Part shown: in pieces, positions 19,679 to 29,817 of the stretch
Position numbering within the stretch: position 1 is the stretch's first letter
Layout of the letters: every line of letters begins with the position of its first letter
NCBI GenBank assembly: GCA_015487015.1
Contig: WFQP01000006.1
Span: forward strand, 2,184-66,183
From: Thiomicrorhabdus sp.
GTDB lineage: Bacteria > Pseudomonadota > Gammaproteobacteria > Thiomicrospirales > Thiomicrospiraceae
Direction of reading: 5' to 3'
Length of the DNA stretch: 64,000 nt
Notes under the pieces: model-generated
What the model was told of the DNA's origin: nothing
Database searches by the model: none
Seen by the model: only the letters and a program-made list of their open reading frames with translations
Translations under genes and position numbers: made by a program

Positions 19679-21850
19679 ATGATGAAAGGGTTATTTAAGT
19701 TTTTTTCTAAGCTGTTATTTAAAATGCTGTACCGCGTTGAAGTAAAGGGCTTGGAGCACTACCATGCGGTGGATCAAAATGAGCAGCCTCTTTTAATCAT
19801 TGCCAATCATGTCTCCAGTTTAGATGGACCGATGATTGATCTGTTTATTCCCGGTGAAACATCTTTTATGGTGGATGCATCACACACTAAGAAGTGGCAT
19901 GAACGTTTTATTTTGAGCATGACTCACTATTTTAAAGTCGATTTACAAAGCCCCTATGCTGCCAAACATATGATTAAGGAGTTGAAGCAGGGCAAGCAGT
20001 GTATGATTTTTCCAGAAGGTCGTATAACCACTACTGGTAGCTTAATGAAGGTGTATGACGGAACAGGATTGGTGGCTGAAAAAACAGGCGCTATGGTGCT
20101 TCCAATTCATATCAGTGGTGCGGTATACAGCAAGTTTTCTTATTTAAATGGCTCTAAGTTTGCCTACATTAAACAGTTTTGGTTTCCTAAAATTACCTTA
20201 ACCCTTCGACCTGCTGAAAAAATGATGGATATCACTGGGCTAAAAGGACATAAAAGGCACACGGTATTAACCGAACAGATCATGCGTTTATTACGAGATG
20301 GTACCTACCATGGTCAAGTAAAACGACACTCTATTTTTGCATCGTTGATTCAAGCTAAATCTTTTTTTAGAAAAAAAGAGGTGTGTGTTGAAGATGTAAA
20401 TGGGCAAGAATTGAGCCTAAAAAAACTCACATTGGCTTCCATTATTTTAGGAAAGCAGCTAAAAAAAGTACTTAAAGATGAAGCGCATGTGGGGCTAATG
20501 TTACCCAATGTATCGGGGATGCCAGCCAGTTTTTTTGCACTGCAAGCCTATGGGTATGTGCCTGCGATGATTAACTTTACCTCGGGTATTTCATCCATTA
20601 AATCAGCATGTGATACCGCAGAACTTAAAAGTATTATTACCTCTAAAAAGTTTGTAGAGGTGTTTGAACTGGCACCTTTAATTGAGTCGTTAGAAAATGA
20701 GGTTCGGTTTATTTATTTAGAGGATATTAAAGAAAAAATAGGAGCGGGGGCAAAAATATCGGGGTTATTAACCTGCCCAAGAAAATTGCCAGGCTTTCAA
20801 GTGGATCCTGAAAAATCGGCGGTTATTTTGTTTACCTCGGGTTCAGAAGGTATCCCAAAAGGGGTGGTGTTATCGCACCAAAATATTAACAGTAATATTG
20901 CACAAATTCGCTCTATGATAACGTTGTTACCTGGGGAGACAATCTTAAATGCACTGCCTACTTTTCACTGTTTTGGTTTAACGGCAGGAATGCTTTGGCC
21001 GATATTATCGGGTACAAAAGTATACCTATATCCCTCTCCAATTCACTATGCCATTGTGCCTGAAATGGCCTATCAAAAAAATGTCAAACTGATGTTTGGA
21101 ACCGATACCTTTTATGCGGGGTATGCTCGTAAAGCTCATCGGTATGATTTTTACAGTATGGAAGGGCTTATTGCTGGAGCGGAGCGTTTGCGTCCAGAAA
21201 CCAGAAGACTGTATGCCGATAAATACCATAAACCTATTTTTGAAGGTTATGGAGTGACAGAAACCACACCTGTATTATCCATTAATACCCCTTTGGCTTA
21301 TAAAGATGGTTCGGTGGGACAATTTGTGCCAGAAATTTCATATCGTTTAGAACCTGTTGATGGCATTGAAGAAGGTGGCCGCTTGTTCGTAAAAGGGCCT
21401 AATATTATGAAAGGGTATTTAATGCCTGATAACCCAGGAGTATTACTTCCCCCTAAGAATGGCTGGCATGATACTGGTGACATTGTGGATGTGGATGAAG
21501 ACGGTTTTGTTTGGATTAAAGGGCGAGCTAAACGCTTTGCTAAGATAGGTGGTGAAATGGTCTCTTTAATGGCAGTAGAGGGCTATATTAATGAAGCCAG
21601 CCCAGAAGGGCATCATGTTGTGGTGGCCGTATCGGATGAGCGTAAAGGAGAGCGTTTGGTTTTGGTTACTGATGATTCAGTTTTATGTAGATCCACGATT
21701 ACGAATGCGGCTAAGAAGAAACAGCTTTCTGAAATTATGATTCCTAAAACCATTATTTTAGTGGAGCAAGTGCCTATTTTAGGTACTGGAAAAACCAACT
21801 ACCCAGAGGTTCAAAAACTGGCGGAACAAAACTTTAATTCGGTTAAATAA
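19679..21850 (+). CDS. aas: Bifunctional 2-acylglycerophosphoethanolamine acyltransferase / acyl-ACP synthetase Aas
   Basis: NHVSSLD and FPEGRIT acyltransferase motifs; FTSGSEGIPKGV, EGYGVTE and GRAKRFAKIGGEM AMP-binding motifs; GGAGA RBS before 19679. Confidence 0.92.
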   Translation: MMKGLFKFFSKLLFKMLYRVEVKGLEHYHAVDQNEQPLLIIANHVSSLDGPMIDLFIPGETSFMVDASHTKKWHERFILSMTHYFKVDLQSPYAAKHMIKELKQGKQCMIFPEGRITTTGSLMKVYDGTGLVAEKTGAMVLPIHISGAVYSKFSYLNGSKFAYIKQFWFPKITLTLRPAEKMMDITGLKGHKRHTVLTEQIMRLLRDGTYHGQVKRHSIFASLIQAKSFFRKKEVCVEDVNGQELSLKKLTLASIILGKQLKKVLKDEAHVGLMLPNVSGMPASFFALQAYGYVPAMINFTSGISSIKSACDTAELKSIITSKKFVEVFELAPLIESLENEVRFIYLEDIKEKIGAGAKISGLLTCPRKLPGFQVDPEKSAVILFTSGSEGIPKGVVLSHQNINSNIAQIRSMITLLPGETILNALPTFHCFGLTAGMLWPILSGTKVYLYPSPIHYAIVPEMAYQKNVKLMFGTDTFYAGYARKAHRYDFYSMEGLIAGAERLRPETRRLYADKYHKPIFEGYGVTETTPVLSINTPLAYKDGSVGQFVPEISYRLEPVDGIEEGGRLFVKGPNIMKGYLMPDNPGVLLPPKNGWHDTGDIVDVDEDGFVWIKGRAKRFAKIGGEMVSLMAVEGYINEASPEGHHVVVAVSDERKGERLVLVTDDSVLCRSTITNAAKKKQLSEIMIPKTIILVEQVPILGTGKTNYPEVQKLAEQNFNSVK

Positions 21851-21884
21851 AAATGAACTAAGTGGTTACAAATGAATAAAACTT

Positions 21885-21914
21885 AAAAGGCACTCAATTG
21901 AGTGCCTTTTTTTT
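21885..21914 (+). terminator. Intrinsic terminator after aas
   Basis: Perfect palindrome aaaaggcactcaattgagtgcctttt followed by T run. Confidence 0.85.
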
Positions 21915-21957
21915 GATATGATGAATTACGTATAAATTAAGGGTTCAGAGGTTTATC

Positions 21958-24213
21958 ATGCAAAAAATAGTTCAAGTGGTTTCTGTTTGCTTATCGCTCT
22001 CTTTGTTAAGTGGTTGTCAGTCTCTTAATATAAAAACACACTCTTCCGTTTTAAGTGAGCAACTAGGTCAGGTAAGTTCACTTGTGATAGATTCAGGTAC
22101 GGTTATTACCGACAATCAACAGGCCTTTGACGCTAAGATCGCTTTAATTGACCAAGCTAAAGAGTCGATTGATTTGGTATATTTTATTTTTTCAGACGAT
22201 TACAGTTCGTCAGTATTGGCTAGTCACTTAATTGCCGCCAGTCAGCGAGGCGTTAAGATTCGTTTATTGGTGGATTATGTCACCAATTACAGTCGTTTAG
22301 ATTGGTTTTCGATGCTGGAAGTAGAGGGGGGGGGAAATTTAACTGTACGTTTTTATGGCCGTCCAACTCAAAATATGATTAAAGATGCCGTGTACATGAC
22401 GCTAGGCTGTAATGAGGTTGCGCCAAGAGAGGATAAAAGTGCTTGCTCTCAAGAGAAGTTATCTAAAATTGAATCAATTTTTCAAGCTGAAAAAATAGAT
22501 GGTGTACCGACAGAGTCACTTAATATTTCCAATATAAATTTAGCAGAATCGGGGCTATTTTTATCAGGCTTATATGGCAAAAATATAGATGCGATGACGC
22601 TTGCCATTGAGCAAGGACAGAATATCTCGATTGAGCACTTGAGCTCAACAAGCAGTACGCCTAATTCGGAGCAAATTAAACGTTTAAAACATTTTGGTAA
22701 AATTTATTGGAAGTCACGTACTGGCCCAGCGTATCAAAGAGTTTTTAACCGTGTTAAAACGGCCTTTGCATTCAAGCATTATGGCGATGCATTAAACCCC
22801 GTTTACGCTTCTTTTTCACAGTTCCTACCGATTGAGCGACAAAATATTGATGAAGCTGCAAGAGATTGGGATTTTTTCACCGACTACACACACCATAAAT
22901 TGCTGTTCGTGGATAACCAATCTTTTATATTGGGCGGACGAAATATTGAAGACTCGTACCATATGCATCCAAACCCATTAAGTGCTAAGTACACCTTTAT
23001 GGACACCGATTTAACCCTTCACTTGTCTGAACCTAGTACCAAAGTGCAGCACCGTTTTGATCAGTTATGGTCTTTTGTTCGCACGGCTTCATTATCAGAA
23101 GTTCGTCAACACGCGCCCAATGATTTTATTGCCAATTGGCATTGGGCTAATAAATCTTGTTCAGAGGCTGTTCAGTTGACAGGGTGTCGAACTGATTGGT
23201 TAAACCGAGTAAATTTAAGTTTACCAAAACGCATTGAACTTGAAAAAGCCAAGCTCAAAAAAAATCAAGAAACGTATCAAACGGAATACCAACCTTCAGA
23301 TACCTTTGCTAAACGGTTTCCCTCTTTTTCAGTAACACCGATGACGATAGGTACTTATCTTGAAAATCTGTCTTATCGCGCAACAGATAAAGATCAAAAA
23401 AGGCAGTTTGGTGCAGAGTACAATCAGGCATTAAAGAGTAATAAGAACATTCATCACTACTGGTTAAGAAAATTAAAAGGACTCTGTTCTGTTGAGGATA
23501 AATCCTCACGGAATGTTTATTTTTATAACGCCTATTTTTTCCCCCCCCTTAATATGATCTTGGCATTTAAGGAGTTGGTGAATGGTTCTAATGATTGTAG
23601 TCATGTCACCTTAAACATCATTACCAACTCGGTAGGTACTACCGATTTGGTGCCGGTTAATATTTTGGCAAGCCATAGCATGAAAGCCTTTGCAGATTTT
23701 TATACAGATCATTTTGATGAGAAAAAAAGTGCCACCATACGCTATTTTGAATATCAAAAAACGGCAGAAGAGGCGTTGTCACTGCACAGTAAAGTGACTT
23801 TGTTTGACGATGCTTTGGTGATTGGTTCGGCTAATTTAGATGCACGCAGTTATTTTATGGACACCAATAATGCACTGGCCATTGAAGGCGATGAAGGGTT
23901 GATAAAGCAGTATCAACAATATCTTGAGTCTCGAATAAATAATTCAAAACTTTTGCAGCTTAAAAATGTGGCACTCTCTTCTGCCACACTGGAGAAGATG
24001 ATGTTGAATGATCGACGGTTATTACAGGCGTCTTTGGAAAAGTACGCGGTACAAAATAAGTTGTCTGAAGCACAACACCAAGATCTGATTCAAAAAATGG
24101 AAGAGTTAACGATGGCGGCTTATCAATTAACCAAACGTTTGTTAGAGAGTGATTTAAACAGTGAGCAACAAACAATCAGTGAACGATTTTATCAACTGTT
24201 TAAAACCATTTAA
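21958..24213 (+). CDS. Phospholipase D family lipoprotein (two HKD motifs, ClsC/YmdC-like, enlarged)
   Basis: Lipobox LLSGC; HHKLLFVD..GGRN and HSKVTLFD..GSANLD. Confidence 0.85.
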   Translation: MQKIVQVVSVCLSLSLLSGCQSLNIKTHSSVLSEQLGQVSSLVIDSGTVITDNQQAFDAKIALIDQAKESIDLVYFIFSDDYSSSVLASHLIAASQRGVKIRLLVDYVTNYSRLDWFSMLEVEGGGNLTVRFYGRPTQNMIKDAVYMTLGCNEVAPREDKSACSQEKLSKIESIFQAEKIDGVPTESLNISNINLAESGLFLSGLYGKNIDAMTLAIEQGQNISIEHLSSTSSTPNSEQIKRLKHFGKIYWKSRTGPAYQRVFNRVKTAFAFKHYGDALNPVYASFSQFLPIERQNIDEAARDWDFFTDYTHHKLLFVDNQSFILGGRNIEDSYHMHPNPLSAKYTFMDTDLTLHLSEPSTKVQHRFDQLWSFVRTASLSEVRQHAPNDFIANWHWANKSCSEAVQLTGCRTDWLNRVNLSLPKRIELEKAKLKKNQETYQTEYQPSDTFAKRFPSFSVTPMTIGTYLENLSYRATDKDQKRQFGAEYNQALKSNKNIHHYWLRKLKGLCSVEDKSSRNVYFYNAYFFPPLNMILAFKELVNGSNDCSHVTLNIITNSVGTTDLVPVNILASHSMKAFADFYTDHFDEKKSATIRYFEYQKTAEEALSLHSKVTLFDDALVIGSANLDARSYFMDTNNALAIEGDEGLIKQYQQYLESRINNSKLLQLKNVALSSATLEKMMLNDRRLLQASLEKYAVQNKLSEAQHQDLIQKMEELTMAAYQLTKRLLESDLNSEQQTISERFYQLFKTI

Positions 24214-24245
24214 ACAGCTCTTCTTTGATGAGATATACCGGTTTG

Positions 24246-24271
24246 AGGCACGTCAATGACGTGCCTTTTTT
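24246..24271 (+). terminator. Intrinsic terminator between PLD and batD
   Basis: aggcacgtca-a-tgacgtgcct plus T run. Confidence 0.8.
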
Positions 24272-24274
24272 ATT

Positions 24275-26047
24275 TTAATGTTTATAAAGTGAGGCCAGTT
24301 GTTTGCCTTTTTTCCCCTCTTTTTGAGAAGGGGGGGGGAAATCTTTTGCCCCTTCTTTAAGTTGTTTGCAGAGTGTTTCTAATAACCCATCAGGCAACTC
24401 AGTATTTGAAAATAGGTGTTCTTCCAATTGGTAAATTCCCTGTTTTAAATCGGTGTTTTCTAAGTCGCTTAGTGACCCTATAGAGTGGTTTTCTTTCAAG
24501 TATTTTTTGAGCTGTTTGTAAAACTCACTGGGCTCAGGCATTGTACTGCTGTTGCAGAATGGGGCGGTGCTTGTTTGTTTGAGTGGTACAGCAAAAGAGT
24601 CACGGTTAGGTGAGTCGTTTGTTTCAAGCTGTTGCAATTGAGATTTCAGTTTTTGGGTTTGTTTACGCCATAAAATAAGGGTGATAAACCATGCAAAACC
24701 TAACAGACTGGTAATCAGTGGCCAGACAAAAGAGGTTTCAGATGTTTCACGTGAAACACCTGATGGAATGATGCTATTCATATCACTCAATACCGTTGTG
24801 TTTGGGGTTTGTGTTGGTTGTGAGGGTGTATTAGCTGAGGAATTTAACTCTGGCAATACGGTCAGTTGACGTGCTTTGATAACCGCTGTTTCCATAGTTT
24901 GGGTTTCGGTATTAAACCAGCTTAAACGTTGCTCAGGTAATGTTATTTTACCCGCTTGGGTAAAGATAATGGTTTGCTTGGTTTGTTGCACACTACGAAC
25001 CCCACTATCTAACAGAGTCTCCTCTGTAACGGGTTGATCGCTGTATACCTTAAAGCTGGCTTGGTTTTCGGTTTTTATTTCGGGCAGTTGGCTGGCACGT
25101 AGCCCTGTAGCGGTTAAGGTGAGGGTACGGGTTAAACTGTCCCCAACACGCAGAGTCTTCTGCTGTGTATTAGTCAGTGTTTCAGATAGGGTGATAGACT
25201 TGGCGGGTAACCAAAGTGCATTTGGATTGGATTTCTGCTGTATGGGTTCTGGCAATACGGTAAGTGTTTGGTCTTTGGCGACTTCTTGAACACCTTTTTG
25301 GCGATTACGGTACTGTTGTATGCCTGAAAAAATAGGCCCTTTAATTACAACCTCTCCACTTTTTTGTGGGTAAAAGGCATATAGCCATTCATAAACCGTA
25401 TAGTTTTTTCCATTGATATTTTTACCATAAACGGCTTGGTCTTTGATTGTGGTGGTGAGACTGTTCTCAAAAATAGGAGGGCGAATATTGCCTTGAAAGG
25501 CTCCTAAAAAATAAAATTTTAAACGATAGAGAACCTCTTCTTGTACATAAGCTTGTTGTTTATTAAGGCTGGATTCTAGAAAGTAATTGCCCATTGTTGT
25601 AATGGATTTTTTGGGGGCAGGCCGTACCTTTATTTTATAGGGGGCACTTTGAACGCCATCAATGTGTAGAGGGGGCACAATTAAGTCCCCTTCTTGTTTA
25701 GGAAGTAGGGTAATTTGCCATTGTGTGCTGCTGTTAAAACTGCCATTAATAATAGAGATTTGATTGCTTTGTTGACGCCCTAAAATTTCAAACTGATCTT
25801 TAAGGTTGTCTAAGTTGAGCTGGCTGTTACGAGTTTGAAAATCAGCTCGAATAGTGAGGGTGATGATGTCTCCCAGTTCAACCGTTTGACGGTCGGTAAA
25901 CACATCCAATGTTTTTGCAAAAACCCATAAAGGAAGTGTTAATAAGACAATCAACAGCACAACACGCCATGACAGTATGGAGTGCTGTTTTGGATAGTTT
26001 AGAATGGATTGAGTATTGAGTTGTATCGTATTCATAAGGCTTACCAT
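24275..26047 (-). CDS. batD: BatD family protein
   Basis: Signal peptide, Ig-like repeats, IINGSF, YVQEEV, W(F)NTET, C-terminal TM; last gene of the MoxR operon. Confidence 0.85.
   Translation of the reverse strand: MVSLMNTIQLNTQSILNYPKQHSILSWRVVLLIVLLTLPLWVFAKTLDVFTDRQTVELGDIITLTIRADFQTRNSQLNLDNLKDQFEILGRQQSNQISIINGSFNSSTQWQITLLPKQEGDLIVPPLHIDGVQSAPYKIKVRPAPKKSITTMGNYFLESSLNKQQAYVQEEVLYRLKFYFLGAFQGNIRPPIFENSLTTTIKDQAVYGKNINGKNYTVYEWLYAFYPQKSGEVVIKGPIFSGIQQYRNRQKGVQEVAKDQTLTVLPEPIQQKSNPNALWLPAKSITLSETLTNTQQKTLRVGDSLTRTLTLTATGLRASQLPEIKTENQASFKVYSDQPVTEETLLDSGVRSVQQTKQTIIFTQAGKITLPEQRLSWFNTETQTMETAVIKARQLTVLPELNSSANTPSQPTQTPNTTVLSDMNSIIPSGVSRETSETSFVWPLITSLLGFAWFITLILWRKQTQKLKSQLQQLETNDSPNRDSFAVPLKQTSTAPFCNSSTMPEPSEFYKQLKKYLKENHSIGSLSDLENTDLKQGIYQLEEHLFSNTELPDGLLETLCKQLKEGAKDFPPPSQKEGKKGKQLASLYKH
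24743..24758. other. parS site, perfect consensus (within batD)
   Basis: TGTTTCACGTGAAACA. Confidence 0.92.
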
Positions 26048-28149
26048 TGCTTGCTATTTGGGTTAGACGGAGTGGACTGTTGTTGGTATTGGTGCTCAAA
26101 TTTTCGTTTTAAAAACAGCCCAGGTTCATCAGGAATTTGATTTAACCAGTTTTGAATCGCACGTTGTTGCTCCTGCTCTTTGGCGGTTAAAGGTTGAATG
26201 TTTTCGGCTGGATTGGTTTGAGTGTTCTTTTCATCCTCTCCAAGCTTTCCTGAGTCACGTTTGGTTTGTTTTTGGTGTGCTTGACTACTGTTTGAGTCTT
26301 GCGTACGCTCGTTGTTTGAGGGGGTTTCTTCAGATTCGGATGTACTTTTTTCATTTGATGGTTCATTTTTATCTTGGCCTTCTTTTGCCTCATTTTTCTC
26401 GCTTTTAGGCACGGGTTCATTGTTTAAATCATTGGAGGCTTGATTTTGATCAGATTTTTCTGAATCAGAATCTGAAGCGTCATCCCCACTTTTTTGATGG
26501 TCAGCATTACCGTCACTTTTACTTTTTTGTTGGTCCTTATTGGATGATTGCTGATCGGATTGTGACTTCGACTCTTCTGGTTTGTTAGGCGTATCTTCTG
26601 AATCTCCGAATTCATTTTTAGACTTACTTTTATCTTTGTCTTTTTGATCTTCTGAGGGTGAGTCTTGATCCTTTTTAGGAGGCTGTTTTTTTTGTTCCTC
26701 CTCTTTTTGTTTGGCTAATAACTGTTTAATCAGCGTTAAGTTTTTTTGTGCTTTTTGAAAATTAGGTTGTTGTTCCAGTGCTTTTTCATAAGCCTCTTTT
26801 GCCGCATTCAATTCGCCACTTTTAGCCAGTGCATTGCCAAGGTTGTAGTACCCTGTGGCGCTGTTGTCTTTACGAAATAGGTTAGCGGCTTCTTGGTATT
26901 TTCCTTGTTTATAGAGGGTACTGGCACGCCACTGTTCGTTTTCAAACAGAGATTCTGCGGCACTTAAATTGTTCTCTTGCCAAGCTTGATAGGCTTGTTG
27001 ATCGGGAGATTTAAAGGCTTCACTTAAAGAGGGAAGTGTTGTTTCGGCATAGCTGGTGTTAGGTGCTAAGAGTCCAACCGAAAGCAGGCCAGCGGAGAGA
27101 AGCCCAACCAGAGGCAAGCTAATGGCCGAGAGGCTTAATACCCAACCACGGCGAAACAGCAGAGCGACCAAAGGCAGAAGCAAGAGCAACAGGTATCCCC
27201 CTTGATCTAACGGCAACAGCAGTTGATTTTCTGTATCGGCGTCGGCTTTGTGTGTGGCAAACTGACTGAATGTGGGGGGCATTAAAGCGGTTAAAGATTG
27301 ATCTTGAGTGCTTAAATGGCTAACACGTACCGTATTGAGTTCGCTGAACTTATTAAACCGTTCCAGAGGGAGGGGGGGTAAAATAATATTATCGTTGTCA
27401 TCTTTAAGCAAACCGTAGTTTGGAATATGAACCGCACCACCGGTTGGGGTTCCCACGGTTAAGATACTGATGCTGTAGTCATGTTGTTGAATCCACTGTT
27501 TTATTTGCGGCACTTGATACGGCTCAATATCATCGGTAATCCAGATAATATGACCGTGATTAATGTGACTGCCTTTAAAGAGTGCATCGGCTTTTTTAAA
27601 CCCCAAAATAGGATTGGAGCCATAGCTGGGCATCACCACGGGATTAAGCGCAGGCAACAAGCTCAATAGCGTTTGATTGTCCTCGGAGATGGGCGAGATG
27701 GTATGAGCAGAATTGGCATAGCCGATCAAGCCTACAGACAACTCAGGATGCTGGGTAAGCAGATCAGTAATTTTATATTTGGCTCGCTCAAGACGACTGG
27801 GTGGCACATCATCGGCCAGCATGGAGAGTGATAAATCTAAAATAATCACGGTACCCTGCTGGTTTTTTTGGGCAGGCATCTCAACAGTTTGAGTGGAGGG
27901 CCCCGCCAGTGCAATAATGGCTAATAACCAAATAAAGGTTAAGCCACTGAGTGCAAGCGTATGGCGAAAATGGGATTGACTATTTGAAGATTCGCCTAAT
28001 AACAGTGGTCTAAATTGAGGCGCAATAATTTGATGCCAAGACCCCTGTTTTTGTTTAATTTGCCAAATTTTCCAAAGTAAAAAAGCAGTTGGTAGTAGCG
28101 CCAGTAACCAATAAGGGCGTAAAAATTGCAGTGTAAACAGTTCGTTCAT
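26041..28149 (-). CDS. BatB/C-like VWA + TPR protein
   Basis: DLSLSM MIDAS motif, YNLGNALAKSG TPR, long Q/K/S/D low-complexity linker, WLNQIPDEPG.FLKRKF tail. Confidence 0.88.
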   Translation of the reverse strand: MNELFTLQFLRPYWLLALLPTAFLLWKIWQIKQKQGSWHQIIAPQFRPLLLGESSNSQSHFRHTLALSGLTFIWLLAIIALAGPSTQTVEMPAQKNQQGTVIILDLSLSMLADDVPPSRLERAKYKITDLLTQHPELSVGLIGYANSAHTISPISEDNQTLLSLLPALNPVVMPSYGSNPILGFKKADALFKGSHINHGHIIWITDDIEPYQVPQIKQWIQQHDYSISILTVGTPTGGAVHIPNYGLLKDDNDNIILPPLPLERFNKFSELNTVRVSHLSTQDQSLTALMPPTFSQFATHKADADTENQLLLPLDQGGYLLLLLLPLVALLFRRGWVLSLSAISLPLVGLLSAGLLSVGLLAPNTSYAETTLPSLSEAFKSPDQQAYQAWQENNLSAAESLFENEQWRASTLYKQGKYQEAANLFRKDNSATGYYNLGNALAKSGELNAAKEAYEKALEQQPNFQKAQKNLTLIKQLLAKQKEEEQKKQPPKKDQDSPSEDQKDKDKSKSKNEFGDSEDTPNKPEESKSQSDQQSSNKDQQKSKSDGNADHQKSGDDASDSDSEKSDQNQASNDLNNEPVPKSEKNEAKEGQDKNEPSNEKSTSESEETPSNNERTQDSNSSQAHQKQTKRDSGKLGEDEKNTQTNPAENIQPLTAKEQEQQRAIQNWLNQIPDEPGLFLKRKFEHQYQQQSTPSNPNSKQW

Positions 28150-28252
28150 TATATTTCCCCCCCCCTTAGGAGTTTATCCGTGAATAAAAATTTATTGCGG
28201 AAAAGATATTTTGGCCATCTTTTATGTTTATTTTCCTCGCTACGATATTTAT

Positions 28253-29314
28253 TCACGGGCGGGCTCCTAGTGTTTTTCTAAGAGATAAGCTGGCAAACAA
28301 CAGACTGAAAATAAATGCTAACCCTAAAGGCCACACGTACAATTCAGATCGATTTCGGTAGTTAAATACTTCATGTTCGCTGCTTTCCAGTTGGTTAATG
28401 TATTGATAAATTTCACTGAGCTGTTGGGTGTCGTTTGCTTGAAAAAATTGCCCGTCGGTTAGCTGTGCAATGCGTTTTAGGGTGTCGGTATCAATGTCAC
28501 TTTTACCCGATAAAAAGAGATCAAGTCCCGTTCTGTGAGACACACGCCCCACCGCAATGGTGTAAATTTTTAAGCCTTGTTCTTTGGCTTTTTCGGCTGC
28601 TTGCAACGGTTCAACTTGCCCAGCGGTATTGGAACCATCGGTTAATAAAATCAACACAGCGTTATTGTACTTTCCTGTTTTTGGATTGGGTTTTAGGTGT
28701 TTTAGGGTTAAACCAATGGCATCACCAATGGCGGTGTTGTTACCGGCCATACCAATCGCGGTTTCATTTAAAAGGGTTTTGACGGTGTGTAAATCGTAGG
28801 TAAGCGGGCTTTGTAAAAAAGCTTGGGTACCAAAGACAATCAATCCCATTCGATCGCCTTGTCGTTGCTCGATAAAGGTGGAGACCACGGCTTTTACTGC
28901 GGTGAGTCGATCGACATCATAACCGCCCAAATACATATCCTCTTTTTGCATACTGCCAGATAAATCTACAGACAACATCATCTCTTTTCCGCTGGCTTCA
29001 AATGGGTTAGGGCTCATAAATAAAACAGGACGGGTGGCAGCTAAAATTAGCAGACACCAAAGGGCAATTAAGAGCAGGGGAATACGGCGTGTATTTTTAT
29101 TGGGAGCAATGAGTTGCTCCGGTGGCATCTGTTGCTCTAAACGCTGCACAATGTTTGGGGCTAAAAGTGGAGTTTGTTGTTGTGAAACAGGTTTCACAAA
29201 ACGATATATCAACCAAGGGAGGGGTAAAAAAGCGATGGCCCACGGCCAAAGAAGCTCAATTTCACTTAAAAAAGCGACCCAGTTGAGGGTGTATAAATTT
29301 GCAAGCCAATCCAT
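28253..29314 (-). CDS. BatA-like VWA domain protein
   Basis: DLSGSM, GDRMGLIVFG, TAIGDAIG, LLTDGSNTAG. Confidence 0.9.
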   Translation of the reverse strand: MDWLANLYTLNWVAFLSEIELLWPWAIAFLPLPWLIYRFVKPVSQQQTPLLAPNIVQRLEQQMPPEQLIAPNKNTRRIPLLLIALWCLLILAATRPVLFMSPNPFEASGKEMMLSVDLSGSMQKEDMYLGGYDVDRLTAVKAVVSTFIEQRQGDRMGLIVFGTQAFLQSPLTYDLHTVKTLLNETAIGMAGNNTAIGDAIGLTLKHLKPNPKTGKYNNAVLILLTDGSNTAGQVEPLQAAEKAKEQGLKIYTIAVGRVSHRTGLDLFLSGKSDIDTDTLKRIAQLTDGQFFQANDTQQLSEIYQYINQLESSEHEVFNYRNRSELYVWPLGLAFIFSLLFASLSLRKTLGARP

Positions 29315-29817
29315 TATTGATGGTGTCCTTTAATCCACTGTGCGGCATAACGCTTAAATTTATTCAATGCATTGATGTCCATTTGGTGTTGTACAGGGTC
29401 TTGGCTCGGCGCTTGATAAGCACGTTGTAAAATATCGGCCAATGACTCGGGTTGTTTGATGTGTTGGGCGCTGTTGGCTAAAAATAGTAACCACGCTTGT
29501 TCATTAAGTGAGGCGACCTCTGTGCGAGGGTAGCAGGTTAGTGCCACACGTTTAAGTAATGCATTGATCTCTAATAGTTGTTGATTGGGGTTGTTAGGCT
29601 CCGATTCAAGTTGGTTTAAATATGTTAAGGCCTCGGTACGATAGGCATTGCGTTTTTTTTGATCAAAATAGTACCAAATAGCGCCTATTAAGAGCGTACC
29701 AAACATAAAAATTAACAGCCACCATGCATACGACAGTGGCCACCAACCAATAGGATCGGGCAGTTGGATGTCTTCAAGTTGATTGAGTAGTTGCAGTTGT
29801 TGTTCCGTCAGTTTCAT
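29314..29817 (-). CDS. DUF4381 family protein
   Basis: L.DIQLPDPIGWWP..WW and LLKRVAL..YPR motifs; position in Bat operon. Confidence 0.85.
   Translation of the reverse strand: MKLTEQQLQLLNQLEDIQLPDPIGWWPLSYAWWLLIFMFGTLLIGAIWYYFDQKKRNAYRTEALTYLNQLESEPNNPNQQLLEINALLKRVALTCYPRTEVASLNEQAWLLFLANSAQHIKQPESLADILQRAYQAPSQDPVQHQMDINALNKFKRYAAQWIKGHHQ

Noticed and set aside
26187-26710. Repetitive-looking region and alternate-frame ORFs in batB
   Set aside because: Ordinary Q/K/S/D-rich linker of BatB/C proteins; no discrete DNA repeat unit
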